Assembly (NCBI GenBank): GCA_902464635.1 | Contig: CABQKC010000008.1 | Span: 1,521-65,520 of the forward strand | DNA from: an uncultured Bacillales bacterium | GTDB taxonomy: Bacteria > Bacillota_I > Bacilli_A > RFN20 > CAG-826 | Reading direction: 5' to 3' | Length of the DNA stretch: 64,000 nucleotides | Shown here: positions 46,694 through 56,034 of the stretch, in pieces | Layout: every line of letters begins with the position of its first letter | Numbering within the stretch: position 1 is the first letter of the stretch | Notes under the pieces: model-generated | What the model was told of the DNA's origin: nothing | Database searches by the model: none | What the model saw: the letters and a program-made list of their open reading frames with translations, nothing else | Translations under genes and position numbers: made by a program

Positions 46694-47477
46694 TTCTAAT
46701 TTCCTCGATATCAAAAGTATCGTTGCTAAATAAAGAAGAAACAAATTCGGTCTTTGGTTTCCTAATTATTTCATCTACTGTCCCTACTTGTTCAACTTTT
46801 CCTTCGTTTAATATGATTAGCCTATCAGAAAAAGCACTAGCTTCTTTTAAATCGTGTGTAATAAAAAGAAAAGTTCCATCTATTAAACTAGATAATTCCC
46901 TTAAGCTATGCCAAATGTCTTGTTTGCTAGCTACATCAATAGATGCAAAAGGCTCGTCAAATATAAATAAAGAAGCATTGTTTGCCATGGCCCTAGCAAG
47001 TGCAACTCTTTGTTGTTGACCTATGGAAAGTTGCTTTATTCTTCTTGGCAAAAGCAATTCAATATCAAATTTCTTGGCCAATTCCAAAACTCTTTCCTTT
47101 ATATAATTAGAATCCATCCTTAGATTCTTCAAAGGAAAAGCAATATTATCGTAAACAGTCATCGAAGGATAAAGGATGCGTCTTTGGGCTATATAGGCCA
47201 AATGTCTTTCTCTTAAGGGAATTGATTCGATATCATTCCCGTCTAAATAGATATTCCCGCCATAATCCTGAAGGCCTAATATAATTTTGACTAAAGTAGA
47301 TTTGCCTGCCCCTGATGGGCCAAGCAAAGAAACAAATTCACCTTCATATATTTCAAAAGAAACGTGTCTTAAAACAATGTTGTGTTTCTTTCTTTTGATA
47401 TATTCGCTAGAAACATCATCAAATTTTAGTTTTATTCTTTTATTGGACTCTGTTTGCGAAGTACGAGATGGCACCAT
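46683..47477 (-). CDS. ABC transporter ATP-binding protein, MalK-like NBD only, degenerate signature (module copy 2, gene 1)
   Basis: GPSGAGKST, IAQRRILYPSMT, LSIGQQQR at the signature position, IFDEP, ITHD. The start is uncertain: ATG at 47477 or TTG at 47516. Either overlaps the ROK gene 3' end. Confidence 0.8.
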   Translation of the reverse strand: MVPSRTSQTESNKRIKLKFDDVSSEYIKRKKHNIVLRHVSFEIYEGEFVSLLGPSGAGKSTLVKIILGLQDYGGNIYLDGNDIESIPLRERHLAYIAQRRILYPSMTVYDNIAFPLKNLRMDSNYIKERVLELAKKFDIELLLPRRIKQLSIGQQQRVALARAMANNASLFIFDEPFASIDVASKQDIWHSLRELSSLIDGTFLFITHDLKEASAFSDRLIILNEGKVEQVGTVDEIIRKPKTEFVSSLFSNDTFDIEEIRNGK

Positions 47478-48702
47478 AATTTTCAGAATTAGTCCTCTTC
47501 TTTGCCATTTCAGCAAATCTAGATAATAGGTATTTGCTGCTAGCTTGATATACAGCCCCTAGCAAATTTGAATCGTGATTCAATGAAGACGTGATTATTT
47601 GAACTGTATTAAAGTTCTTGTCATATAGCCTAAAATAACGAAGCAAAGTCTCAAAATATTCTTTGCCGAAATCAAGAATCCTCCCATCGATGCAGATATA
47701 ATCTAAATCTAATAAGTTAGCAATATATAGCAACTGTAAGGCGTTTACCCTAGCGGATTTATCAACTGCTTTTGAAACTATTGGATCATTTTGCTTATAA
47801 CGTTCAACTACATCGTTTAATTGGAATACATCCTGTTTGAAGAATGAATCATTACTATCTTTTGAAAGTTCATGAATCTCGGCATAAATGTCAGTAATGG
47901 TAAAGAAGCGGCCTAAATAGTTTCTAGAGCAATCATCTACTTCATTTATATTTGCCATTTCGCCTGCAAATCCATTAGACCCAGTATATAAATCTCCATT
48001 AAACATCAAAGAGGATCCAGAAGTTATATCAATGAATACAAAGAATACGTTCTTTGCATCTTTAGGGATAGAACCAAACCTTGCCTCCCCTGCCAAACCT
48101 AGATTGATATCGTTAAACATCTCACATTGGACATGAAATTCATTTTCAAAATATTTTTGAATATTAATCGTCCTGCAATCCTTGACTCTAGGAGCAGAGA
48201 TAAAATCATGGGTAAGTTTATCAAATTTGCCAGGAGAAGAAATACATATTCCTAACAATGGACGATTATTAACAACATCTGAAAGAAGCATGTTTTTTAG
48301 TTTTCTTGAAATCTCTTTTAAAACATCTTCATCGATATAAATTACATGTTTGACTGTATCTCTAATCAATATTTGGTTAGATGCATCGCTAATGCAAAAA
48401 GCCATATCTCTACCAGATAGATCAATCGCGGCAAAAACTCCGATATCATTATCTACTGTATAAAGAACTCTCTGCCTGCCTCTACCTTTTTTTCCATTAT
48501 TAATATTTACATAAGGAACGATTAGTTTCTCTTCTAATAATTCCTCGGTAATGAGTTTTAATGCAGGGTTAGACAAAGAAGTCTTTTTAGAAAGTTCGAT
48601 GCAACTAATAGGGCGTTCACGGATGTAATCCATTACCACTATCTGGTTAGCAATTCTAATGTTAGAAGGCGATTTTAATATAGCTGCTTTTTCTTTTTTC
48701 AT
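47440..48702 (-). CDS. ROK-family regulator-like protein lacking the ROK zinc-cysteine signature
   Basis: N-terminal wHTH (ISCIELSKKTSLSNPALKLITEELLEEKLI) and a ROK/ASKHA-like body (GICISSPG, GFAGEM). The segment where C-x-C-G-x2-G-C-x-E should lie reads AGEMANINEVDDCSRNYLGRF. Confidence 0.65.
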   Translation of the reverse strand: MKKEKAAILKSPSNIRIANQIVVMDYIRERPISCIELSKKTSLSNPALKLITEELLEEKLIVPYVNINNGKKGRGRQRVLYTVDNDIGVFAAIDLSGRDMAFCISDASNQILIRDTVKHVIYIDEDVLKEISRKLKNMLLSDVVNNRPLLGICISSPGKFDKLTHDFISAPRVKDCRTINIQKYFENEFHVQCEMFNDINLGLAGEARFGSIPKDAKNVFFVFIDITSGSSLMFNGDLYTGSNGFAGEMANINEVDDCSRNYLGRFFTITDIYAEIHELSKDSNDSFFKQDVFQLNDVVERYKQNDPIVSKAVDKSARVNALQLLYIANLLDLDYICIDGRILDFGKEYFETLLRYFRLYDKNFNTVQIITSSLNHDSNLLGAVYQASSKYLLSRFAEMAKKRTNSENYGAISYFANRVQ

Positions 48703-48709
48703 TTAAGTA

Positions 48710-50338
48710 TCACAAAATGTTATTTGAAACATTTGAATTGTAACAATTATAGCAAATCGCACTCTTAGGGTTAGTCTCTTTTTTAATTAAAGGCAATATC
48801 TTTTCCCTTAATTCTTCGATTCTATCTATTGTTCCGTTCGTATAGGCAATTACTACTCGTCTAGTTTCTTCTAATCTTGCTTTTAATCCACCAAGACGAA
48901 GTTGTCCTACTTCCATTCCAACTGGTTTATCATCAATAATCCATCTTTTCCTATATTGGGTAGAGAAATCACTTAATCTATTGATACATTCTTCAATTCT
49001 AGGCAACAAATTCTTCAATTCTTCCTTATCACCTTTTTGGTAGGCATCCCTTAATCTAACTCCTAATGAAACCTTGATTGATAAGAGATGACATAAAGAA
49101 GCTAGATAATCAAAGATATATTTATATTCCCCACATCTAAAACTTACTTCACTTAGCTTCTTCGCATGTTTTTCAAATAGGATTTCATCATTCAAATCGA
49201 CTCTGTTATCAAATATGCCTAGCAATGGATCGTTATAGAGAAAATACTTACATGGGTTAACTAATTTAGGGTCATCCCCTTCTCCTGGGTTAGTTATTTG
49301 GTTAGGGATTTCTAATAATTTCAAATCATCGTACTTATAACCTAATACATTAAAGAAATCTTCTTTGATTTTATTAATGTCATTAATTCCCTTGGCTATT
49401 TCAGAAGCAAAGAACAATGATGTAACAGATGAGAACATTGAGCATTCAGCCCCGTTATCACCCCAGCCAGTCATAATGACGTTCCTGACTTTATTATCGA
49501 TGCAACTTCTAATTCCTGGAGCAATAGTTTCTTCTGCCTTACTTAATAAAGGGGCAAATCCAGCCCAAGTCCATACTCCAGAGGCAAAATAAAGCGAATT
49601 AGAATTAATTTCCTTATGGAGAGATATCATCTTGTCATAAACATTCTTGTCATTATGGTAATAATCCCAATAGACTTGCAAGACATCCTTAGGAACATCT
49701 TTCAATTTATTTGGATCCATCTTGGCATCCACGTTATAATAAGAAGAGTTATTAGACGCCAATCTAAAGAACATATCAGACCACATCATCACGCTGAATC
49801 CGTGTTTCTTTGCAATCTCATTAACTTTATTTAGATGTCTAATAAATATGTCGGTTCTATCTTGATATCCGTGTAGTTCTTTGTATTTCCCTAGTCCTAA
49901 TAAATGAGCTTCATCCATTCCAATATGAACTCTTCTAGAGGTAAATTCTTTTTCTAATGAAGAAAACATATTATCGATTAATTGATAAGTTCTTTCATCA
50001 TCTACTAGCAAAATGTCATTTATATCGTTAATCGAAGAATAATCTTCATGACGGAATATTTGATTTAGATGGGCAAGAGTTTGGATACAAGGAATTAATT
50101 CAATCCCATATTCTTTCGCATATTCATCTATCTCTTTTAAATCAGAAACGCTATATCTTCCGCGAAGATAGCCAAAATATGGCTCTTTATCAACTTCATA
50201 AGTATCTTCGGTATAAAGCATTAAGGCGTTATAATCCATTTTCTTTAATAAACGGATTAATCTTTTAACCGATTCAACATTCAAAACCCCATTTCTAGAA
50301 CAATCGACCATAAAGGCAAATGTATCAAAGTTTTTCAT
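48710..50338 (-). CDS. GH20 beta-N-acetylhexosaminidase (cytoplasmic), paralog 2
   Basis: VHIGMDEAHLLGLGKY, MMWSDMF, VYWDYYH. Collinear with 31148-32743. Confidence 0.7.
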   Translation of the reverse strand: MKNFDTFAFMVDCSRNGVLNVESVKRLIRLLKKMDYNALMLYTEDTYEVDKEPYFGYLRGRYSVSDLKEIDEYAKEYGIELIPCIQTLAHLNQIFRHEDYSSINDINDILLVDDERTYQLIDNMFSSLEKEFTSRRVHIGMDEAHLLGLGKYKELHGYQDRTDIFIRHLNKVNEIAKKHGFSVMMWSDMFFRLASNNSSYYNVDAKMDPNKLKDVPKDVLQVYWDYYHNDKNVYDKMISLHKEINSNSLYFASGVWTWAGFAPLLSKAEETIAPGIRSCIDNKVRNVIMTGWGDNGAECSMFSSVTSLFFASEIAKGINDINKIKEDFFNVLGYKYDDLKLLEIPNQITNPGEGDDPKLVNPCKYFLYNDPLLGIFDNRVDLNDEILFEKHAKKLSEVSFRCGEYKYIFDYLASLCHLLSIKVSLGVRLRDAYQKGDKEELKNLLPRIEECINRLSDFSTQYRKRWIIDDKPVGMEVGQLRLGGLKARLEETRRVVIAYTNGTIDRIEELREKILPLIKKETNPKSAICYNCYNSNVSNNIL

Positions 50339-50340
50339 AT

Positions 50341-52401
50341 CTATCTCCCAGGAAGCTGAAGCGTGCTGTCTATTATTTTATCATTTTCTTCTTCTCTTTG
50401 CTTTTCGTTTTGTTTGCATATACGTATATTTTTAATGCAAATGTTCACCTTTTTTGCCTTGTCTGCATGAAAATAGAATTCAATCTTAGAAAGACTCTCA
50501 ATTAATGATTTATCAATTTTAACCTGACCTTCTGAACCATCTAAAACATTACTTAGATCTAGATAAAATGTCTTATAAGCAGAGGTTACTTCTTTACTCA
50601 ATGAATTGAATTTATAAATATTCCCATTGATTCTAAATAAGGCACCCATGAATGAAACGCTTCTATTAGATTTAATATCAATAGCTAAATATGGGTAATA
50701 GGCAAGCCTATGGAAACAGCCGGACAAACCTAGGTTAAACGCGATAGAGGAATAAAAATAAGAATCATTAGTAATCGAGGTAAGGTATCTTAGTTCCCCA
50801 TCCTGTACATTAATTGTTCCAGCTTGGTTCCTTATATATTCGCCCATTTCGAAAGTAGGAACATTAAATCCCCCACCTACACTCGCACCGAAATTATTTT
50901 CCATAATAGACGGGAATCTTAACCCTGAAATTATGTAATCTAAATCAAATAATTTCCTATCGACTTCGGAGTAAAAATTCCTGCACGGGCTTAATGGATA
51001 TCCTTTTATGCTTCTACAGTCACATAAATAAGAGTAATGGGTAAAAGCATAAGTGAAATATATTGGTTTTTTTACATAAGGTGAATATATTCTTATTTTC
51101 TTTGATTCAATAGAAATAGCCTTGGCTAAATAAAAAACCTTATCCTCATTAGCAATGGTAAAACCAAAATATTCTTTACCTAATTCTAATTCATCATCTT
51201 TTATATCCAGTTCAAGAAGTATTGAATTACGCTCAATTTTTATATCTTTTACAAATGGATAATTAAATCCATTAGACCCGTATACATTTCTTTCTAAAAT
51301 AAATGCAATTCTAGAGGCCACTTCCCCTTTGCTAACTGTATGAATTGGATGGTCTACTTGATTGCCGTCTTTTACTAACCATTTTGGATAAATATCAAAG
51401 ACAGGAACATAATAAACATATTTAATGGACAAGGAAGAAATTGCTTCTTGAATATAAAATAAGCCGCATCCATCTCCATATGGGTAATATTCATCCGCAA
51501 TACCTAAAACTACAAAGGGGATTTCTTCTTCAAAATAATCCCTATAAGAATAGATTAGGGAAGTTAGAGCCTTTTTAAAATATTGTCCCGAAGCGAAATC
51601 AAAACAAGAATTCTCACCTTGATAATAGATGATAGATTTAAATTTCAATCTTTTTAAAGGGGCTATTTTTTCATTATAGAATCCTGACTGCTGGGTATAA
51701 TTACCCGGACCAAAACTATTCCACCTGGATTTATCTTCGATGTATTTACCACTACTTAGAAGATAAGACTTTATCTCAGGAGCATTCTCAATCGTATTTT
51801 CATCAAGCAAAGAATCAATTGATATTCCTCCAGTAGAAGCAGAAATTGTTCCCAAAGGATAATTTAGGTTTGGGCAAAGTCTTTCTAGGGTCATGCTAAC
51901 TAAAGCGCTTGATTTCAGCAACACGTCCCCTTTTAATTTCTCCCATTTGCATTTTTCGCAAATATCATTTTTGGGCTTAATAGGTCTATTGATATACCCT
52001 TCCTTGGTTACATCTTCGTCTTCTAGATTGAGAACATATAATTCTTTTCCTTTAACGTTTCTAATTGTCTTTTCCTTATCTTCCATCATGGATAAAGAAA
52101 TAGACATATTGGATTGACCTATGAATAAAAATAAATCGCCACAATAAATAGGAGATATTTCTATATTCTCTTCATCTGAAGTTATTCTTAATGAATATGG
52201 ATCAAAACTTCCCTTTAAAGGAGGAAAAGAGATTTTGAAATCGCCTCCATCGAGATTTATTTTTAAAGGAGAAATCTCTACTAGGCTAACTAGATTAACT
52301 AGCTTTGCCTTGATAGTTTTATTGCAACTATTCCCCCATACTGAAAATACTTCATTTTGTTGAAATACCATGTATGGAGAAAAGATGGAGGCGAGTTTCA
52401 T
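50341..52401 (-). CDS. SGNH/DUF303 sialate-O-acetylesterase-like carbohydrate esterase with C-terminal extra domain
   Basis: N-terminal IFSPYMVFQQNEVFSVWG, FLFIGQSNMS (GQSNM nucleophile block) and IIYYQGENS (WYQGESN-like block). No signal peptide. Confidence 0.7.
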   Translation of the reverse strand: MKLASIFSPYMVFQQNEVFSVWGNSCNKTIKAKLVNLVSLVEISPLKINLDGGDFKISFPPLKGSFDPYSLRITSDEENIEISPIYCGDLFLFIGQSNMSISLSMMEDKEKTIRNVKGKELYVLNLEDEDVTKEGYINRPIKPKNDICEKCKWEKLKGDVLLKSSALVSMTLERLCPNLNYPLGTISASTGGISIDSLLDENTIENAPEIKSYLLSSGKYIEDKSRWNSFGPGNYTQQSGFYNEKIAPLKRLKFKSIIYYQGENSCFDFASGQYFKKALTSLIYSYRDYFEEEIPFVVLGIADEYYPYGDGCGLFYIQEAISSLSIKYVYYVPVFDIYPKWLVKDGNQVDHPIHTVSKGEVASRIAFILERNVYGSNGFNYPFVKDIKIERNSILLELDIKDDELELGKEYFGFTIANEDKVFYLAKAISIESKKIRIYSPYVKKPIYFTYAFTHYSYLCDCRSIKGYPLSPCRNFYSEVDRKLFDLDYIISGLRFPSIMENNFGASVGGGFNVPTFEMGEYIRNQAGTINVQDGELRYLTSITNDSYFYSSIAFNLGLSGCFHRLAYYPYLAIDIKSNRSVSFMGALFRINGNIYKFNSLSKEVTSAYKTFYLDLSNVLDGSEGQVKIDKSLIESLSKIEFYFHADKAKKVNICIKNIRICKQNEKQREEENDKIIDSTLQLPGR

Positions 52402-52406
52402 TCTAA

Positions 52407-53672
52407 TTAATTATCTTTCTTTCTTTTAATAGCAACAACGCTTAAGCCTACTAAAGCAACTACTGCAGCAATAGAAGAACCAACAATCGTACCACCGCAA
52501 CCGCCTTTAGTTTCTACATTTGATGTAGTTGGTTCAGAAGTTGAAGTTGAAGGTGTTTCAGCTTTTTTGGTAAGAGAAATTGTAAATCCGACACTTCCGC
52601 CTTCAGTTGTCAAAATGAAAGTCCATCTACCTTCACCAAGCTTTTCTAGATAATCTTTGGAAATGGTAACTTTATTTCCATCAACCGTGTAATATTGGGA
52701 TAATAATTCATTAACGGCCTGCTTAATGCTAGTAACTTGTTCACCATATAAATTGAAATCGATAGTAACATCTTCTCCTAAAGTTGCATCTATAACATTA
52801 TTTTCAATTGTAGGAGCCTTGTGTTCAGGATCAGTTGGTTCTGGATTTGGGGTATATGGCTTTTCATCGAGGTTTTCTAAATGGATATTGTCATAATAAG
52901 CATCAGAAACACATGATACCAAACTAACATAACCATAGTTTTGGGCAGTCTTCTTTGTAATTGTAGTTTTTCCTAAAACGTGACCGTTTATAGAAATGCT
53001 GAATTCTGTATCAATAACTGAAATCTCAACTTTTAACCAGGTATTGACCGCGCCTGCAAAGTCAGTGAAATTACTTGCATTATATGGAGTGGCTTCAGCA
53101 GTCCCATCTGCATTAGTCATTTCAACATTCATAAAGGAAGCATCAACGCTTCTATATGCTTGGACTCCAAAGCTACTAGCTTCCCAGCTTCTAACTACCA
53201 TCATGACATTGGTGACGCCATTATATCTGCCATCCATTGGTTTTCTGAAATTAAAACCAGTCCAGGCACCAGTTGGAACAGTTTGGTATAAGTCATAAGA
53301 CAATTTGAAATTCTTGACGTAGATATCCTTCATAGTCAAATAGAAGAAGGATTCCATATATGAAGCTGTATCTACTCTTAATACTTTATTGCTAGGATCA
53401 GTTGGACTTTCTGTTACATAAAATCTATTAGCCTGACCTGCGATTTCGTTATTGTCGCCAGTCTTTTCATACCACCCATTAGTCCATTTGGCATTGATAT
53501 CGGCCCTAGTGCCTTCGTTTTGGGTTTCGATTGCATAAGATTCAAAATCCTCATCGAAATTTGGTGTCAAATCTGCTTCTTCCGCTTTAGTAGCAACGGC
53601 ATTGCTAGAAAGTGAAGAAAGTAAAGCGAATGACGAGATTGCCCCTAACATCAAAATTAAATTCTTTTTCAT
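52407..53672 (-). CDS. Secreted LamG/DUF1080-like surface protein with S/T/P linker and GGCGG-TM-KRKK C-terminal signal
   Basis: The ATG at 53672 gives MKKNLILMLGAISSFALLSSLSS. YVKNFKLSYDLY and YDNIHLENLD are jelly-roll motifs. The C-terminus reads TKGGCGGTIVGSSIAAVVALVGLSVVAIKRKKDN. Confidence 0.7.
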   Translation of the reverse strand: MKKNLILMLGAISSFALLSSLSSNAVATKAEEADLTPNFDEDFESYAIETQNEGTRADINAKWTNGWYEKTGDNNEIAGQANRFYVTESPTDPSNKVLRVDTASYMESFFYLTMKDIYVKNFKLSYDLYQTVPTGAWTGFNFRKPMDGRYNGVTNVMMVVRSWEASSFGVQAYRSVDASFMNVEMTNADGTAEATPYNASNFTDFAGAVNTWLKVEISVIDTEFSISINGHVLGKTTITKKTAQNYGYVSLVSCVSDAYYDNIHLENLDEKPYTPNPEPTDPEHKAPTIENNVIDATLGEDVTIDFNLYGEQVTSIKQAVNELLSQYYTVDGNKVTISKDYLEKLGEGRWTFILTTEGGSVGFTISLTKKAETPSTSTSEPTTSNVETKGGCGGTIVGSSIAAVVALVGLSVVAIKRKKDN

Positions 53673-53689
53673 ATATGTAACTACTCCTT

Positions 53690-55084
53690 TCAATTTTCGT
53701 AGTTAAGTAAATCAATTAATATAGATTCCCCTGGCTCTAAATCTAACTCCAAAGAAGAACCCTTAACCTCTTCTATAGAGGCATTTTGGTATTTATTCGC
53801 CCTGACATAACTAGAGAAGTTTAACTTGGCTTTCCCTTTGTTAGTCAAAGAATTATTGAATACGTAATAAGCACTTTTTCCTCCATGGTCAAATACCCCG
53901 ATAAGTAAATCGGATTCAGTATCAACGTTTTTAAGTTCGCGGAAAGAAGTAACGAATTCTGCTTTTTGTTCGTTAGAGAACGCAGCAGGAGAAGAACCAA
54001 ATTGCATCAAGGCAACTCTAGAAGAAATCATCAATATTTCATCCATAGAAGCAATTTGTTTGTTTATGGATTGAAAATATGGGAATAATTCAGTCTTTTC
54101 GCCATTTTTATTAACAAAATTGCCTCTCCAAAGGGCGTCATCTACTTCATATGGGGTCATATAGCAGAAATATTGGATTCCCTTCGCCCCATAAACTAGA
54201 TTGGAACCTATTTGCCAATCGATTTCAACTTTAGTAGGAACTCTTACTGTCCAACTATCAAATGAGCCTGCTTGGATAAATGGCCAGAAAGGAACTTTAT
54301 ACTTATTTGCTAATTTTGATGCTAGATATAGCTGATCAAAATAGCCGCCAGATACAGATGGGAATTCTTTTCTTAAACCATAGAAATCAAAACTAAGTAC
54401 CTGAGGTTGTACGGTTTTTAAAAATGATTCTAGATATTGTTCATAACTAACTGGCTGTCCAGCAATCCCACTAAGTTGATCGCTAGTCGCATAGTTAGGG
54501 AATAAATTAACATAATAGCAATATTTGGAATAATAGCTTCTAAAAGCCTTCCTTCCGCTTACTAAACCTTGGAATTTGTTCAAGGCTGGTTCATCTGTAA
54601 TCAATGAACCTCCATATGATTTGTAGGAAGCAAATTCATCCATGGCTTCCTTAAATGCATCAATGTCCTCACTTAATGCCCCTACTCTTTCATCTCTAGG
54701 AAGATAAACTAAACCATTATCTTCTGCTAATTTAAGAGCCCTTTTGATATTGGTCATTGATAAACCAGCAGTTTCATATAATCCATATATTGAATTAAGG
54801 CCAGCCTCTTTAATCATGGCAAATTGTTCTTGATTAATATAATCCTTATCACCCATCGACCAAGGGGAACACCATCCACTAATAGGCATTGTAGTCCTAT
54901 CTAAAGATGGAAAAGTATATGTGAATAAATTTACTTCTTGGTTGAGTTTTAGTTTCTCTTCATTGTCTTTAGAAGAATTTGTTTCTTTTTCTTCGCTAGA
55001 GGAACTAGAAGTAATTACTTGTCCACCACAGCTAGTCAATGTTAATAAAAGAAACAAGGCAAATGGCTTAATAGATTTATTCAT
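53690..55084 (-). CDS. Lipoprotein, TIM-barrel-like putative glycoside hydrolase (unassigned family), paralog A
   Basis: The ATG at 55084 gives MNKSIKPFALFLLLTLTSC, with GGAGG 9 nt upstream and an ATGA overlap with the permease stop. Blocks LITDEP, YVNLFPNYA, SFDFYG and IQYFCYMTP. Confidence 0.65.
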   Translation of the reverse strand: MNKSIKPFALFLLLTLTSCGGQVITSSSSSEEKETNSSKDNEEKLKLNQEVNLFTYTFPSLDRTTMPISGWCSPWSMGDKDYINQEQFAMIKEAGLNSIYGLYETAGLSMTNIKRALKLAEDNGLVYLPRDERVGALSEDIDAFKEAMDEFASYKSYGGSLITDEPALNKFQGLVSGRKAFRSYYSKYCYYVNLFPNYATSDQLSGIAGQPVSYEQYLESFLKTVQPQVLSFDFYGLRKEFPSVSGGYFDQLYLASKLANKYKVPFWPFIQAGSFDSWTVRVPTKVEIDWQIGSNLVYGAKGIQYFCYMTPYEVDDALWRGNFVNKNGEKTELFPYFQSINKQIASMDEILMISSRVALMQFGSSPAAFSNEQKAEFVTSFRELKNVDTESDLLIGVFDHGGKSAYYVFNNSLTNKGKAKLNFSSYVRANKYQNASIEEVKGSSLELDLEPGESILIDLLNYEN

Positions 55085-55968
55085 CCTTTTAGTCCTCCTG
55101 TAGTAACGTTGGTCATTATTTGTTTTTGGAATGCGATGAAAATAATGATTATTGGGAGCATCGAAAATAGCATCAATGCAAATAAGGCAGGCCAATTAGC
55201 GTCATATTGCATTTGATTTACATAAGCCTGTAATCCTACCGCCAAAGTCGGATTATTCTTTAAATATAGGAACGGTGTGTAATAATCGTTCCAGAATCCG
55301 ATGAAATTAAGTATCCCTAATGGAATTAATGAAGGTAAAACCATTGGGAGCATGATCTTAATAAATACGGTCAATTCATTCGCCCCATCTATATAAGCTG
55401 ATTCAGCATAAGACCAACTTATTGATTTAAACGCCCCATATAGCAATAGGAATTGGAAACCAAATCCACCGGAATAGAGCAAGATTAGGGCCAATATGTT
55501 GTCATATAACCCAAGGTCTCCGATTAATTTATAGGTTGCAGATGTTGATCCAATCGTAGGAACAACCATGACCATAACAGCCAAAATATATAAAGCGTTT
55601 CTTCCAAAGAATTTGAATTTGGCAACTACATAGGCAACGCAAGATGCACTAGCTAAAGAAAGAAGAGTTCCAATTGTAGCAATAAAGAAGCTACGTAATG
55701 TCATTTCCCAGACATTAGAACCCATCATTTTCCTATTCAAGACGGTTTTTAGATTAATCCACCCATTTGAGAAATCTTTTGGCCAACTCCATACATCCTG
55801 GAAGAATTCGGCATTAGTCTTAAACATATTAAGAAACATCCAGACAAAAGGAAAAATTAGACTTGCCGCATAGATGAAAAAGACAAAGAACATGATGCCC
55901 TTGGCTATCCTTAATGATACAGGGTCCCTCACGCTTTTGCCTTTTTTGATATTCCTTCTTATCTCCAT
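55081..55968 (-). CDS. CUT1 sugar ABC transporter permease (LplC/YtcP-like), locus 2
   Basis: EAA-loop region ESAYIDGANELTVFIKIMLPMVLP. Six TM helices. Confidence 0.85.
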   Translation of the reverse strand: MEIRRNIKKGKSVRDPVSLRIAKGIMFFVFFIYAASLIFPFVWMFLNMFKTNAEFFQDVWSWPKDFSNGWINLKTVLNRKMMGSNVWEMTLRSFFIATIGTLLSLASASCVAYVVAKFKFFGRNALYILAVMVMVVPTIGSTSATYKLIGDLGLYDNILALILLYSGGFGFQFLLLYGAFKSISWSYAESAYIDGANELTVFIKIMLPMVLPSLIPLGILNFIGFWNDYYTPFLYLKNNPTLAVGLQAYVNQMQYDANWPALFALMLFSMLPIIIIFIAFQKQIMTNVTTGGLKG

Positions 55969-55984
55969 AAATGTTTCTTTCTTC

Positions 55985-56016
55985 CCTAGGAGGCATAGAT
56001 AACTACGCCCCCTAGG
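55985..56016 (-). promoter_or_regulatory. Intercistronic stem-loop between the 820-aa surface-protein gene and the downstream permease gene
   Basis: Minus strand reads CCTAGGGGGC, 12-nt loop, GCCTCCTAGG. 10-bp stem with one G-U pair and no T-run. Confidence 0.4.
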
Positions 56017-56034
56017 AATAATTGTTATTTTGTA

